A program made the translations under genes and the position numbers. From a virus, in the IMG/VR virus record IMGVR_UViG_3300022217_000231, positions 1,779 through 65,778 of that record: a DNA stretch of 64,000 nt. The stretch is one strand, 5' to 3'. Positions 63,957 through 64,000 of this stretch are shown one piece after another (the first letter of the stretch is position 1; every line of letters begins with the position of its first letter). The notes beneath the pieces were generated by a model that made no database searches, was not told the DNA's origin, and saw only the letters and a list, made by a program, of their open reading frames with translations.

Positions 63957-64000
63957 CTATTATTTCCTATTTTTAAAATGATTATCTATCATTTCTTCTA

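Noticed and set aside
1-64000. Genome-wide TAG (or TGA) stop-codon reassignment
   Set aside because: Long genes are intact under the standard code. Only one convincing in-frame TAG (40865) was found, and other TAG stops (9604, 12041, 12295, 20060) fall at sensible gene ends.
1-64000. Prophage or integrative element; tRNA or rRNA genes
   Set aside because: No integrase, att-like flanks or host genes were seen, T4-type late promoters indicate a lytic phage, and no tRNA- or rRNA-like sequence was recognised by eye.

Overview
This is a very AT-rich 64-kb segment of a large lytic T4-like myophage genome. No bacterial housekeeping genes, integrase, rRNA, tRNA or CRISPR array were seen. Bases ~1-31 kb hold the neck/packaging/tail module: gp16, gp15, gp14 and gp13 on the minus strand, divergent from gp17, gp18, gp19, gp26/51, tape measure, gp48, gp53, gp27, gp5, gp3, gp25, gp6, gp7 and fibre/adhesin genes on the plus strand. 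These are driven by T4-type TATAAATA late promoters. Bases ~31-54 kb hold a late plus-strand glycan cluster (gmd, fcl, GT11, GT10-like, GT2, GT25, epimerases, sulfotransferase, methyltransferase, radical SAM), interrupted repeatedly by minus-strand cassettes that each start with a near-identical sigma70 promoter module. Bases ~54-64 kb hold minus-strand accessory genes. The most notable observations are: (1) three covarying copies of an unrecognised three-way-junction RNA motif (P1-GA-P2-P3-CUUA-P1) at 7187, 11463 and 12059; (2) a radical SAM gene fractured inside its CxxxCxxC motif by a naturally split intein with a free-standing HNH gene between the halves, co-transcribed with three paralogues carrying an invariant IDVITNSSTE motif; (3) about 11 small ORFs sharing capsid-targeting-like N-terminal leaders fused to unrelated cargo, including an ADP-ribosyltransferase-like and a Cys-His-Asp protein; (4) a probable -1 frameshift joining gp26-like to gp51-like just upstream of the tape measure gene. 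All family calls come from motif recognition by eye; no database searches were run.
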